Notes: generated from the letters alone by a model not told the origin. A stretch of DNA of 64,000 nt from a bacterium (GCA_963674595.2 CAXXFV010000016.1:672001-736000); one strand, 5' to 3'; positions 18,371 to 28,610 are shown, numbered from the stretch's first letter. Numbers and translations: made by a program.

Positions 18371-19953
18371 AAAGACCTATTATTTGTGCACAAATTATAA
18401 CGCATACCAGTGCAACGGGATAAACGGTAGCATAGGCGATTTGCGGGGCGTTACAGTCCGTTAACGGATCAATAGCCGCAAGACCTGGTGTGCTGGTCAT
18501 GCCGCCGGTAATGGTACCCAGTAACGTCAGAAAATTGAGTTTAAATATTTTTTGTCCCAGAAAACATGCGGCACCCATGGGGATAACCGTTATAAATGCG
18601 CCGATAAAAAACAGCTTTGGTCCGAATTGTTGATAAGTTGATGATATGTGCGAACCGGCTTCCGTGCCGACGGCGGTAAGAAAGAAAAGCAGTCCGAGAG
18701 ACCGCAATAACTGGTTTGCCGGTCCGGACATGGTCCAGATAACAGGTCCGGTTTTGCCGATTCTGCTGAGAATAAGTGCAGTAGCCAGAACGCCGCCTGT
18801 CAATCCCAGAGAAAAATTGAATCCTGCAAATGGTAAGCTTAATTTGCCAACGATTACTCCCAAAACAATTCCCAAAGCTATGGGTAAAAAATCAGTCTCT
18901 GAAAGACGTTTATCATTATTTCCCAAAAGTTCAATGACCTGTTTCATATTTTCTTTGTTACAGGCAACCATCAGTTTGTCACCAAAACGTATTTGATTGT
19001 TGGGGTTTGGTGCGATATCTATACCGCTACGTCTGATTCTTGTTACCGTCGCATTGTAATTTTCCAATAAATGTAAACTCTGCAATGTGGAATTGGAAAC
19101 TTTTTTATTGGAAACCAGAATCCATTGAACATCATATTCTTCTGATAAGGGTATTTCTTTCTCAGATGGTGATCCTACCAGAAATTTAAAACGTTCCAAA
19201 GCTTGCTCGGAACCGACCGCTTTAACAAAATCTCCCAGTTGTAATGTGGTATTGGGATTGGGTGTTATTGCCGTTTCATCATGCATAATTCGTGAAATGG
19301 TTGCACCTGTCATGGTGCGGATATGAAGTTCACCGATTGTTTTATTGTGTATGTTTTGATTTTCGACAATAAAGTTTTGGTTAATAATATCCGGATACTT
19401 TTGTTTTGATAAGTTCAGGTAGGCTGTTTTGGCCTCTTTCAGGTCAACTTTGATTAAACGAGGTAATAATCGGACAAAGAGAATAACACCAATTACCCCA
19501 AAGGGGTAGGCTATTCCATAACCAATAGATGCAAGGGGAGAATTTGTACTTTCAATTGCGGCTGCAAGGCCCGGTGTACTTGTTAAAGCGCCGGTAAAAA
19601 GTCCGACAGCAATTTTGGGATCAATATTAAATATTGTTCCCAAAAGGACCGTTATAAACGCACCACAAAATATGATACATATTGTTGTTAAAATAAGATG
19701 AAGACCCTGCTTATGAAAGGAATCAAAAAAAACCGGGTCCGGCTTGTATGCCGATGGTAAAAATAAAAAGAACAGAGCCAATTTGTCTGAAATCGGCTGG
19801 AATTTTTACACCCCAATGCCCTAATAAAAGGGCCACAAAGATAACGGCTGATATATCAAGCGAGATACCTTTGATTTTTATATGGCCTATTATAATGCCA
19901 AGAGCAATAATAAAAAAAAGTGCAAAATAGTGTTGTGAAAATAGCTGTTGCAT
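18348..19953 (-). pseudogene. AspT/YidE/YbjL-family antiporter with two TrkA-C domains, split by a +1 frameshift
   Basis: The 5' ORF (MQQLFSQ...IGIQAGPGFF*) and 3' ORF (FFDSFHKQG...GALTSTPGL, RIRRSG, GGMTSTPGL, YATVYP) join if one T is removed from the T8 run (A8 at 19725-19732 on +). Could be a sequencing error. Confidence 0.8.
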
Positions 19954-20037
19954 AAATTTCCTTAGATTATCACCTAATTTAAATAAAACAGATGATTTTT
20001 CAAATAAATTTATCTTGGAAATTAATTTAAATATTAC

Positions 20038-20059
20038 TATATTCGCATATCCGAATATA
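20038..20059 (+). promoter_or_regulatory. Probable ArsR operator
   Basis: Perfect 8-bp inverted repeat TATATTCG-catatc-CGAATATA ending 15 bp before the arsR ATG. Confidence 0.7.
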
Positions 20060-20074
20060 CGAAAGAAGGAATAT

Positions 20075-20452
20075 ATGAAAGAAATAGTCAAATTATTTAA
20101 AGCTTTATCCGATGAATCACGATTGCGAATATTAAATCTTGTTTTTCATGTGAATGAATTATGTGTTTGTGATATCCAGCGTGTTCTCGGATTTACCCAA
20201 ACCAAAGTTTCGCGGCATTTATCATATTTAAAAAATGCCGGTATTTTGGAAGACGAGCGAAACGGAGGGTGGATCCTTTACCGTTTGAACAAAACAAACA
20301 ATCCAATGCGGGAAGAACTTTATCAGCATCTTAAAAAGATGTTTGAAACAGAACAGGTTTTACAGGACGATATTAAAGTTTTAAACGATAGTGTTAACAA
20401 GGGGCAATGTGTATCGATAAGTGTTTTACCAATTCATAAAGTAAGCGAGTAA
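20075..20452 (+). CDS. arsR: ArsR/SmtB family metalloregulator
   Basis: FKALSDESRLRIL, ELCVCDI (As(III)-binding box), TQ.KVSRHL..LK.AG. ATG at 20075 after AAGGA. Confidence 0.93.
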   Translation: MKEIVKLFKALSDESRLRILNLVFHVNELCVCDIQRVLGFTQTKVSRHLSYLKNAGILEDERNGGWILYRLNKTNNPMREELYQHLKKMFETEQVLQDDIKVLNDSVNKGQCVSISVLPIHKVSE

Positions 20453-20455
20453 AAA

Positions 20456-21745
20456 ATGAAAAAAACAGAGATTAAAACATTTATTTGGTTCATTGCCATA
20501 TTTATTGCCGTCTATTTTATGCCGGCCGGAAAGCCCGTGTTCACTCAGGCTATATCCGAAGCTTTTATTTTGTTAAAATGGTATGCGCGAGAGCATGTTT
20601 TGTTGTGCCTGGTACCGGCGTTTTTTATCGCCGGATTTATCAGTGTTTTTATCAGTCAGGCTTCTGTCATTAAATATTTTGGAGCACAGGCAAAAAAATG
20701 GCTGGCTTATACAGTCGCATCGGTTTCCGGAGCTGTTTTGGCGGTTTGTTCCTGTACGATTTTACCACTGTTCAGTGGGATTTATAAACGCGGAGCCGGA
20801 CTTGGTCCCGCCATTGCATTTTTGTATGCCGGTCCGGCTATTAATATTCTTGCGATTATTTTAACGGCCCGTATTTTAGGATTTGAATTGGGTGTTGCCA
20901 GGGTAATCGGTGCGGTGCTGTTCAGCATTGTAATCGGCATTTTAATGGATTTTATATATAGAAAAGAACAAAAGGAAAAATCACAGAATAATTTCGCAGT
21001 GATAGATGCTCAACAGTCTTATTCTTTTAAAAGAATTGTTTTTTTGTTTTTTACATTGGTAGGTATTTTAGTTATTGTCAATTGGGGAAAAACGAATTCT
21101 AATGAAGGCATTTGGTTTTTTATCTATGCCAATAAATGGCTATTCACAGGTTTATTATCGCTGCTTTTGGCCGGGTCTTTGGTTGTCATTTTAAAAATTC
21201 GCACCGTATATGTATTGGCGGGTGTGCTTTTGACCGGTTTGGTCGCTGTTATTTTTAAAAATCATTTATTGACTTTTATAACAGGGGTGACAATTTTTAG
21301 TATTTTATTGTCATTTAAGCAGGATGATTCAAAAGAGTGGCTGTCATCGACCTGGGGTTTTACCAAACAGATTTTACCTTTATTGGCCTCGGGAATTTTG
21401 GTTGCGGGTGTATTGCTGGGTTCACCGGGTGGACACGGGTTGATTCCTGAAAACTGGATAGCCAATATAGTCGGCGGCAACTCGGTTCAGTCTAATTTCT
21501 TTGCGTCCATTGTTGGTGCTTTTATGTATTTTGCTACGCTGACGGAGGTACCTATTGTTCAGGGCCTTATCGCCAGCGGAATGGGTAAAGGCCCGGCACT
21601 GGCCCTTCTTCTTGCCGGACCGGCATTATCCTTGCCAAATATGCTGGTTATTCGCAGTGTTATCGGTTTGAAAAAAACAATTGTTTTTGTGTCGCTGGTC
21701 GTCATTATGGCCACCATCAGCGGATTAATATTCGGCAGTCTTTAA
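20456..21745 (+). CDS. arsP: DUF318/ArsP-family permease
   Basis: EHVLLCLVPAFFIAG, LAVCSCT.LPLF, FLY.GPAIN, MYFATLTEVPI, GPALSLP. Confidence 0.88.
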   Translation: MKKTEIKTFIWFIAIFIAVYFMPAGKPVFTQAISEAFILLKWYAREHVLLCLVPAFFIAGFISVFISQASVIKYFGAQAKKWLAYTVASVSGAVLAVCSCTILPLFSGIYKRGAGLGPAIAFLYAGPAINILAIILTARILGFELGVARVIGAVLFSIVIGILMDFIYRKEQKEKSQNNFAVIDAQQSYSFKRIVFLFFTLVGILVIVNWGKTNSNEGIWFFIYANKWLFTGLLSLLLAGSLVVILKIRTVYVLAGVLLTGLVAVIFKNHLLTFITGVTIFSILLSFKQDDSKEWLSSTWGFTKQILPLLASGILVAGVLLGSPGGHGLIPENWIANIVGGNSVQSNFFASIVGAFMYFATLTEVPIVQGLIASGMGKGPALALLLAGPALSLPNMLVIRSVIGLKKTIVFVSLVVIMATISGLIFGSL

Positions 21746-21758
21746 TTTGGGTGTTTAT

Positions 21759-22193
21759 ATGAAAAATGTGAATATTTTAATACTTTGTACCGGGAACAGT
21801 TGTCGCAGTCAAATGGCGGAAGGATACCTGAAATCATTGAATGATCGTTTAAATGTTTTTTCCGCCGGGACCCATCCAGCCGAACAGGTTCATCCCATGG
21901 CTGTTAAGGTTATGAAGGAAATTGGAATTGATCTATCAGGTCACTCTCCTGAAAATGTTTCCCGATATCTTGATTCTGATTTCGACTTTGTTATTACGGT
22001 TTGTGACCATGCAAAGGAAACATGTCCTGTTTTTATCGGTAAAGTTGACCAACAGCTCCATTTAGGATTTGAAGACCCGGCTAAAGTGAGAGGAACAGAG
22101 GAGGAAATTTTAAAAGCTTTCCGCCAGGTTCGTGATGAAATTCAAAATGTGTTTTTAAATTTTTATAAAGAAAAACTGGAAAATTTAAAATAA
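21759..22193 (+). CDS. arsC: Thioredoxin-coupled arsenate reductase (LMW-PTP fold)
   Basis: LCTGNSCRSQMAEG, ITVCD.A.E.CP, FEDP. Confidence 0.93.
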   Translation: MKNVNILILCTGNSCRSQMAEGYLKSLNDRLNVFSAGTHPAEQVHPMAVKVMKEIGIDLSGHSPENVSRYLDSDFDFVITVCDHAKETCPVFIGKVDQQLHLGFEDPAKVRGTEEEILKAFRQVRDEIQNVFLNFYKEKLENLK

Positions 22194-22220
22194 TTTTAAC
22201 TAAATATAAAGGAACATGAA

Positions 22221-22451
22221 ATGAATGTTAAAGTTTTAGGTTCAGGTTGCCGAAAATGTGCGGAACTGGCGGAAAAAGTTCAGCAAGTTGCCCTGCAAAA
22301 TAATATTGAGATAAACCTTGAAAAAGTTACTGACTTGAATGATATTATAGGTTATGGCGTGATGTTGACGCCCGGTTTGGTTGTAAATGATGTTGTCAAA
22401 AGCAGTGGTAAATTACCGACAGAAGAACAGATATTGGAATGGATTAAATAA
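22221..22451 (+). CDS. Small thioredoxin-like protein (MTH895/ArsE family)
   Basis: 76 aa, VLGSGCRKC, YGVM.TPGLVVN...SSGK.P. Confidence 0.9.
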   Translation: MNVKVLGSGCRKCAELAEKVQQVALQNNIEINLEKVTDLNDIIGYGVMLTPGLVVNDVVKSSGKLPTEEQILEWIK

Positions 22452-22468
22452 TAACCGATGGAGGAAAA

Positions 22469-22870
22469 ATGAGACAACTTTTAGGGACTTTAATAATTGG
22501 CGTTTTGTTAACGTTTGGGTGCTCTGACAAACCAAAACAAGAAACCGTAAAACAGGATGTGGCTCAGGATAAAATTGCTGCAAAAATTACGTTCCTGGAA
22601 TTCGGCGCCAACAAATGTGTGGCCTGTAAAAAAATGAAGCCTGTAATGGAAGCTGTAAAAAGCAACTATGGAGACCAGGTGGATGTTGTGTTTCATGATG
22701 TTTGGCAAAATAAAGAGATTGCCGAACAATACAATATCCAACGCATCCCGACTCAGGTGTTTTTGGATAAGGACGGGAAAGAATTTCATCGGCATGAGGG
22801 TTATTATGTCATTGAAGATATTGATAAATTATTGTCTGAACGTGGTTTGACGAAAAAATCATCGAGTTAG
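22469..22870 (+). CDS. Thioredoxin-family lipoprotein
   Basis: Lipobox LTFGC, EFGANKCVACKKM (CxxC), IPTQVFLDKDGKE..RHEG. Confidence 0.88.
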   Translation: MRQLLGTLIIGVLLTFGCSDKPKQETVKQDVAQDKIAAKITFLEFGANKCVACKKMKPVMEAVKSNYGDQVDVVFHDVWQNKEIAEQYNIQRIPTQVFLDKDGKEFHRHEGYYVIEDIDKLLSERGLTKKSSS

Positions 22871-22872
22871 AT

Positions 22873-23559
22873 GTGATTGATGGATTATTTGCTGTTTTAG
22901 ATTCTGCATTAAACAAGTCACCAATTTGGGCCATAGCCGGAGCTTTTGGATGGGGGCTTTTAAGTATCCTTTTAAGCCCTTGTCATTTGTCTGCCATCCC
23001 TCTGGTAACCGGATATATTTTAAAAAACAATTCCAGGGATCGGTCTGCAACCATTATTTCAATTATATTTTCCGGGGGCATTTTGTTATCCATAGCTGTC
23101 GCCGGTTTATTAACGATTGCAATGGGACGAATTATGGGGGACATTGGTTTAATCGGAAAAATACTGGTGGCTGTTTTTTTAATTTTTGTCGGTATTTATT
23201 TAATGGATGTTTTTCGGCTAAACTGGCAGTTACCTGTTGGTAAAATAAAAATTTCCGGTTTATGGGGCGCCTTTATTGTCGGACTTGTTTTCGGATTGGG
23301 GTTGGGGCCTTGTACTTTTGCTTTTATGGCGCCGGTGTTATCCATTGTTTTTGCCGTTGCTCATTCTAATATATTAAAAGCAGTTTACCTGGTTATTGCC
23401 TTTTCTGTAGGGCATTGTATTCTTATTGTTTTTGCAGGAGTGCTGTTGAACAAAGTCCAGGCCTATTTAAATTGGACAAATAATAATGCTGTTTTTAAAT
23501 GGAGCAAAAAGATCTGCGGCGTTTTGGTTATAATGGCAGCAATTTATGTGCTTTTATAA
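22873..23559 (+). CDS. ccdA: CcdA/DsbD-type transmembrane thiol-disulfide electron transporter
   Basis: Six TM segments with the two conserved Cys motifs LSPCH and GPCT. Confidence 0.85.
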   Translation: MIDGLFAVLDSALNKSPIWAIAGAFGWGLLSILLSPCHLSAIPLVTGYILKNNSRDRSATIISIIFSGGILLSIAVAGLLTIAMGRIMGDIGLIGKILVAVFLIFVGIYLMDVFRLNWQLPVGKIKISGLWGAFIVGLVFGLGLGPCTFAFMAPVLSIVFAVAHSNILKAVYLVIAFSVGHCILIVFAGVLLNKVQAYLNWTNNNAVFKWSKKICGVLVIMAAIYVLL

Positions 23560-23607
23560 TATATCTGATTTTTGTATTTTAACGATTATACAAGAATAAG
23601 GGATTGA

Positions 23608-24159
23608 TTGATGAAATACAAAGCGATTATTTTTGAAGCTGTTGCTGTTGTTGGAATTTCCTGTATCATTGGTTTGGTGGTTAACTTTTTTCACCCGGAA
23701 GGTGTTAAAATCGGCTTGCAGCGTCCCAAACCGGTTTATGCGGTTGATTCTGTTTTGACAACAGAACTACCCACTGTAAGCATCAATGACAAATCAAAAA
23801 GTGAACCGCCTGTCGATATGCAGGGTGAAATTATGATTGATACCCAACAGGTCATAAAACTGATGCAGGCAAAGCAGGCTGTGTTGCTTGATGCCAGGAA
23901 CCCGGATGATTTTAAAGAGAACCATCTTGACGGATCGATCAATTTGCCCTTTCATGAACTAGAGGCTTGGCAGCCGCAAATTGATGCTTTGACAAAGGAA
24001 AAATGGCTGATATGCTACTGTGACGGTCCGCCGTGTGATTTGGGTGAAATGCTTGCCTTTGAGCTTATGGATAGAGGTTTTAATAAAGTATTGATATATC
24101 AGGGCGGGCTGAATGCCTGGAATGAATTCCATTCTTTGGATAAAGCAAATGGGGAATAA
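23608..24159 (+). CDS. Membrane-anchored rhodanese-domain protein
   Basis: N-terminal TM, LLDAR...F...H..GSINLP, CYCDGPPC, Y.GGL.AW. Confidence 0.88.
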   Translation: MMKYKAIIFEAVAVVGISCIIGLVVNFFHPEGVKIGLQRPKPVYAVDSVLTTELPTVSINDKSKSEPPVDMQGEIMIDTQQVIKLMQAKQAVLLDARNPDDFKENHLDGSINLPFHELEAWQPQIDALTKEKWLICYCDGPPCDLGEMLAFELMDRGFNKVLIYQGGLNAWNEFHSLDKANGE

Positions 24160-24163
24160 CAGA

Positions 24164-24628
24164 ATGATAAAAAAGACTGTATTACTCGTATTACGAATCG
24201 TTCTTGCCGGTGTGTTTATTTTTGCCGGTGCCGGAAAAATAGTCCATCCGTCAAAATTTGCTGATCAAATAGATAATTACCGGATGCTGCCCTATTTGGG
24301 GGTAACATTTATGGCAGTTGTTTTACCGTGGTTGGAAGTTATGTGCGGTTTGTTGCTGATATGGGGAAAATGGCTGCGGGGCGTTTTGTTGGCGTTGTCA
24401 GGATTAAATATCGTCTTTATTATAGCTATTTTAACGGCGCTTATTCGCGGTTTGGACATCAGTTGTGGATGTTTTGCTTTGCCCGGAGAAGCAGCCAGGG
24501 TCGGCATCCCCCGTTTGGTGGAGGATATTATTCTTTTGGCTATATCATTATTTTTGTTCTACTACTATGCCTGGAAAAATCAACAATCAAATTCAAAGGA
24601 TGGGGCTAAAGTACCAGATGCTGCATAA
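24164..24628 (+). CDS. DoxX/MauE-family membrane protein
   Basis: LRIVLAGVFIFAG.GKI..P..F, LPWLEV.CG, RGLDISCGCF. Start may be 24149. Confidence 0.85.
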   Translation: MIKKTVLLVLRIVLAGVFIFAGAGKIVHPSKFADQIDNYRMLPYLGVTFMAVVLPWLEVMCGLLLIWGKWLRGVLLALSGLNIVFIIAILTALIRGLDISCGCFALPGEAARVGIPRLVEDIILLAISLFLFYYYAWKNQQSNSKDGAKVPDAA

Positions 24629-25973
24629 ATTCTGAGATCGGGTGTTTTGATTTTCCAAGTTCCATGGTTTTATCGATAATAAGCTGCTGTTTGTTCGTTG
24701 GTAAAATTTCGGCATTTGCCTTAAATTTTTTTATGACTTGTTCATCGGTCATGGGGTCTTCGGGACTTCCTTTGGCCGCGTCTGTGGTTTCCGTAAATTT
24801 TTCGTTTTTTATTGTTACAATTTCGACGATCGCTCTTTTAGTGGCCGGAAACAGGGCGTCAATTTCAGGATCGGCAATGACTTTGATTTTATCCAGCATT
24901 TGATGGATGTGCGGATCTTTGATTTTTTCAGCCGTAAAGGATGACGGCAGAACATTTCCATCGACCAGGGCAGCGGCAATGCAGTAGGGAAGGCTATGGT
25001 CGGCTGTTTCTTTTGTTGTCGGGTGATATTTGCTGGGATCTGATAAAATATCCGCACCACGGGTGGTTGTTTTCACCAAAACGCTTTTTATGTTGTCATG
25101 GGTCAGGTGGTGTTTATTTCGCAGATTTAATGCGGCTGTAATCGGCTGATGGGTCAACGCTTCTGTCGGGAAGGGTTTATATCCGCATTCCGTAATTAAA
25201 AATTCAGTTCCCAACCCGTTTAATAACGTTTCGGTTGACCATTTCACATTATTGATGACCTCGTACAATCCTTCTTTTCCCTCAATGACCTCCACAGGAC
25301 CGGTATAGTTTTCCATCGCCAACAGTGCGGCACGAACACCTGCTTCAGTTGCCATGGGATCAGCCGTGTTTTTCATATTAGTTAGGTGACCGGCAACAAC
25401 ACCGCCCAAAGTTAAGTGACTGCTGCCGCTGATACCTGCTGCTGCCACTGTCTGTTCCTGGTTCAGGTCCAGCATTCTGGCGGCAACAAAAGGGGACACA
25501 AATTGCGTCAGGGTTGCATGGTGCCAGCCAATTTCTCTTATTCCGGGCGTGGCCGCCAGACACCACCGCATTTCCAGTTCATAGGCAATGACGATTCCGG
25601 TGAGTAAATCCTGCACATTTTTTGAGGCTTTTTCACCGGCTGCCATAGCCGCCGGAATAATATCCGAAGGATGGCTGGGATCCTGTTTCCAGTAAATATC
25701 GTTATAGTCCAACGCACGTATATACAAGGCGTTCATTAATGCTGCATTGGGAGCGTTTGTTTTCAGACCGCTGCCTATTATGGTTGCGTCCGGTGTGCCG
25801 CCCAGGTTTTTAACATATTGAAAGGCTGCTTTCATGTCCGGAGTTTCCAGTGCCGCAAATGCGCAGCCCAGGCTGTCTAATAAAAAACGGCGGGCTTCGT
25901 GTAATGATTCTTGAGGAATTTCATCATAATCAAGTGATAATGCAAATCGGGCCATTTCCTGTGTAATACTCAT
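24606..25973 (-). CDS. prpD: MmgE/PrpD family protein (2-methylcitrate dehydratase-like)
   Basis: LLDSLGC, RALDYNDIY...SHPSD, GWHH, K.FP.E, ETADHSLPY, KGSPEDP. Confidence 0.85.
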   Translation of the reverse strand: MSITQEMARFALSLDYDEIPQESLHEARRFLLDSLGCAFAALETPDMKAAFQYVKNLGGTPDATIIGSGLKTNAPNAALMNALYIRALDYNDIYWKQDPSHPSDIIPAAMAAGEKASKNVQDLLTGIVIAYELEMRWCLAATPGIREIGWHHATLTQFVSPFVAARMLDLNQEQTVAAAGISGSSHLTLGGVVAGHLTNMKNTADPMATEAGVRAALLAMENYTGPVEVIEGKEGLYEVINNVKWSTETLLNGLGTEFLITECGYKPFPTEALTHQPITAALNLRNKHHLTHDNIKSVLVKTTTRGADILSDPSKYHPTTKETADHSLPYCIAAALVDGNVLPSSFTAEKIKDPHIHQMLDKIKVIADPEIDALFPATKRAIVEIVTIKNEKFTETTDAAKGSPEDPMTDEQVIKKFKANAEILPTNKQQLIIDKTMELGKSKHPISEFMQHLVL

Positions 25974-25997
25974 GACACAACCTCATTTTTAAAAATA

Positions 25998-27467
25998 CTA
26001 TAAACTAAACCAGTTTTTTAGCATGTTTTCCTGATATGGATCGGATTTTATATGATGATATTCATTTGTTTGTGAAGAATAGGTATAATCCTTTCCCCAT
26101 TCTTTTGCATTTTGGGCTATCTGACGAACAGCATCTGTAATAAAATACATTTCTTCATCTGTTGTAGTCGGATGAAAGGACATACGCACCCATCCCGGTT
26201 TTTCAGACAGATCACCATGATCAATTTTTTCCGTAATACGTTTTGATTTTTGAGGACCAACATGCAGCAAATAATGGCCATAGGTGCCGGCGCAGGAGCA
26301 GCCGCCTCGGACCTGTATCCCGAAACGGTCATTTAGCAGTTTAACGACAAGATTATAGTGTGTATTTTTAATATAAAAGGATATAATTCCCATTCGATGT
26401 TGTATATGATCTGCCAGGATGATTAAATTTGGAATTTTTTCCAGTTCGCTAAAGGCGATTTTTAACAATTGTTCTTCCCGGCTGAGAATTTTATCGACCG
26501 TCATTTGTTCTTTCAGTTTTATCGCCAGCGCAGCCTTTATAGTCTGTAAAAATCCTGGAGTTCCGCCATCTTCACGCACTTCAATATTGTCCGTGAATTT
26601 ATGATTCCCCCAGGGATTGGTATACTCTACAGTGCCGCCTCCCGGGTGGTCCGGGAATCTGTTGTGATAAAGATGAGAATCGAATATTAATACACCGGAC
26701 GAACCGGGTCCGCCTAAAAATTTATGAGGTGAAAAAAAGACGGCATCCAGTTTTTCTTCCGGATTTTCAGGATGCATATTTATAGCAACATAGGGGGCTG
26801 CTGCCGCATAGTCCACAAAGCAAAATCCGTCATGTTGGTGCATAATGTTCGCCATCTGATGAAAGGGCGGTTGAATACCTGTTACATTGGAGCCTGCTGT
26901 AAAAGAACCGATTTTTATCGGACGGTTTTTATGTTTTTTTAATTTTTTTTCCAAATCGTCCAGATCAACAAGTCCGTCAGCATCAGGACGAATCACTTCA
27001 ATATCTGCAATTGTTGTTAACCAGGAGGTATGATTGGAATGGTGTTCCATATGCGAAAGAAAAACAATAGGTTTTGTTGTTTTGTGTTCACATATAAATG
27101 AAAAACATTGTTCCGGGACTTTGAGCCCTAAAATTCTTTGAAATTTGTTGATAGCAGCCGTCATGCCGTAACCGGCATTGATGATAACATCGTGCGGACC
27201 GGCATTCACATGTTGTTTGATAATTTGATGCGCTTTCCGATAAGCCGACGTCATGGCTGTTCCGGTTATGCAGGATTCGGTGTGGGTATTCGCAACAAAG
27301 GGTCCAAAATCATTTGATATTTTATTTTCAATAGGGGCATATAAACGCCCACTGGCTGTCCAGTCGGCATAGACAATTTTTTTTGTACCGTAAGGGGATT
27401 CAAAATGTTGGTCAATTCCGACAATGTTTTGTCGAAACGGTTGGAAATATTTTTGGAGGTTATCCAT
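25998..27467 (-). CDS. Class V PLP-dependent enzyme (cysteine desulfurase / selenocysteine lyase-like)
   Basis: YADWTASGR, EHHSN, SNVTG, DYAAAAPY, SPHKFLGGPG (PLP Lys), RGGCSCAG.YGH, KPGWVR. Confidence 0.9.
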   Translation of the reverse strand: MDNLQKYFQPFRQNIVGIDQHFESPYGTKKIVYADWTASGRLYAPIENKISNDFGPFVANTHTESCITGTAMTSAYRKAHQIIKQHVNAGPHDVIINAGYGMTAAINKFQRILGLKVPEQCFSFICEHKTTKPIVFLSHMEHHSNHTSWLTTIADIEVIRPDADGLVDLDDLEKKLKKHKNRPIKIGSFTAGSNVTGIQPPFHQMANIMHQHDGFCFVDYAAAAPYVAINMHPENPEEKLDAVFFSPHKFLGGPGSSGVLIFDSHLYHNRFPDHPGGGTVEYTNPWGNHKFTDNIEVREDGGTPGFLQTIKAALAIKLKEQMTVDKILSREEQLLKIAFSELEKIPNLIILADHIQHRMGIISFYIKNTHYNLVVKLLNDRFGIQVRGGCSCAGTYGHYLLHVGPQKSKRITEKIDHGDLSEKPGWVRMSFHPTTTDEEMYFITDAVRQIAQNAKEWGKDYTYSSQTNEYHHIKSDPYQENMLKNWFSL

Positions 27468-27552
27468 AGGTTCCTTTTATGTTTTTCTTAATTGGTCTTA
27501 TTTATAAATATAGTCTTTTAAAAGTGTAATTTCAATATTGTTTGTAATGAAC

Positions 27553-27590
27553 AAAAAAAAGCCACACCTGATATTTGTGTGGCTTTTTTA
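27553..27590. terminator. Intrinsic terminator downstream of the DUF1080 gene
   Basis: aaaaaaaagccacac-ctgatattt-gtgtggctttttt. Confidence 0.85.
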
Positions 27591-27593
27591 ACT

Positions 27594-28610
27594 TTATTTT
27601 AAAATCGGTCTAATGGTGATGTCTTTATACATGACCTTACCGTGATCTCCCTGTAAATAAATCGGACCCGGGGAAAATTGATCAGCGGTTAATGCACCGC
27701 CGGTTACACCTAGTAACGGCTGGTTGTCAATTATCGTTGTTCCATTCAGGATGACCGTGACATGCCGGTCGCACAGTGTAATATCAAAAGTTTGCCATTC
27801 ACCCGGTTTTTTTTCGGCAGCGACGCTTGGGGTAATTCGGCTGTATATGGCGCCCATGTTATGACTGTCCAGAGGTTTGCCATAGCTGTCATATACCTGA
27901 ACTTCATAAATGCCTCTTAAATAAATACCGCTGTTATTTCCTTTCGGCACGTTAACTTTTAATTTCAAGTTAAAATCTTCAAATTTTTGTACGGTTTTAA
28001 TATTGCCGTAATGAATATGCGGTTGTCCTTCAATCTGTACCGGATCATTAATCAGAACGCCGTCTTTTGCTTTAAATCCATTTTTTGAGTCCGGATTAGT
28101 TAATTCCCAACCATCAAGGTTTTTGCCGTTAAATAATGAAATGGATTTTCCATATTTAACTTTGGACAAATCGGGTTGAGCGGGCAGTGGTGGTATTTTT
28201 TTACCAAGAAATTTTGTAACAGAAACACCCAAACCGTCTTTTTGCGGTTCGAAATATTTTCCAAAAAGTTGGTCGCCGACACGTTCCAACTTTATCCAGT
28301 GTGTTATTTTATGTGTGCGAACGGGTTTACCGTTTTCATCTTTTTGAAGAACATTGTCTCTGTTTCGAGTAATAACAAGAACATCATTATCCATGTAAAT
28401 ATTGTCAACCGGATAAACACTTCCGCCATACCAGAGGACGTCGGCGTCCATATATCCGTTTTCCTGTTTTATATCAAGCCAGCCTGCGCCTCCGGGCAAA
28501 TATAAAGACCATCGTCCCAAAAAAGGTTCAATAGATGGCTGTGCCGATATTTGTGTTGTGATGATAATACAAGATAATAGAATTAACTGCATAGTTTTTT
28601 GTTTTTTCAT
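27594..28610 (-). CDS. Secreted DUF1080 (3-keto-glycoside hydratase-like) protein
   Basis: Signal peptide, LFNGKNLDGW, FEDFNL, GNNSGIYLRG.YEVQ, GEWQ.FDIT, YLQGDHG. Confidence 0.88.
   Translation of the reverse strand: MKKQKTMQLILLSCIIITTQISAQPSIEPFLGRWSLYLPGGAGWLDIKQENGYMDADVLWYGGSVYPVDNIYMDNDVLVITRNRDNVLQKDENGKPVRTHKITHWIKLERVGDQLFGKYFEPQKDGLGVSVTKFLGKKIPPLPAQPDLSKVKYGKSISLFNGKNLDGWELTNPDSKNGFKAKDGVLINDPVQIEGQPHIHYGNIKTVQKFEDFNLKLKVNVPKGNNSGIYLRGIYEVQVYDSYGKPLDSHNMGAIYSRITPSVAAEKKPGEWQTFDITLCDRHVTVILNGTTIIDNQPLLGVTGGALTADQFSPGPIYLQGDHGKVMYKDITIRPILK

Noticed and set aside
19723-19725. TGA in the antiporter as selenocysteine or read-through
   Set aside because: Downstream homology continues in a different frame, so it is a frameshift, not recoding.
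18348-24628. Two convergent gene pairs each overlapping by 23 bp (18348-18370 and 24606-24628), bracketing the antiporter + ars block like insertion scars
   Set aside because: The two overlap sequences share no similarity and there is no direct repeat or recombinase. Most likely coincidence.
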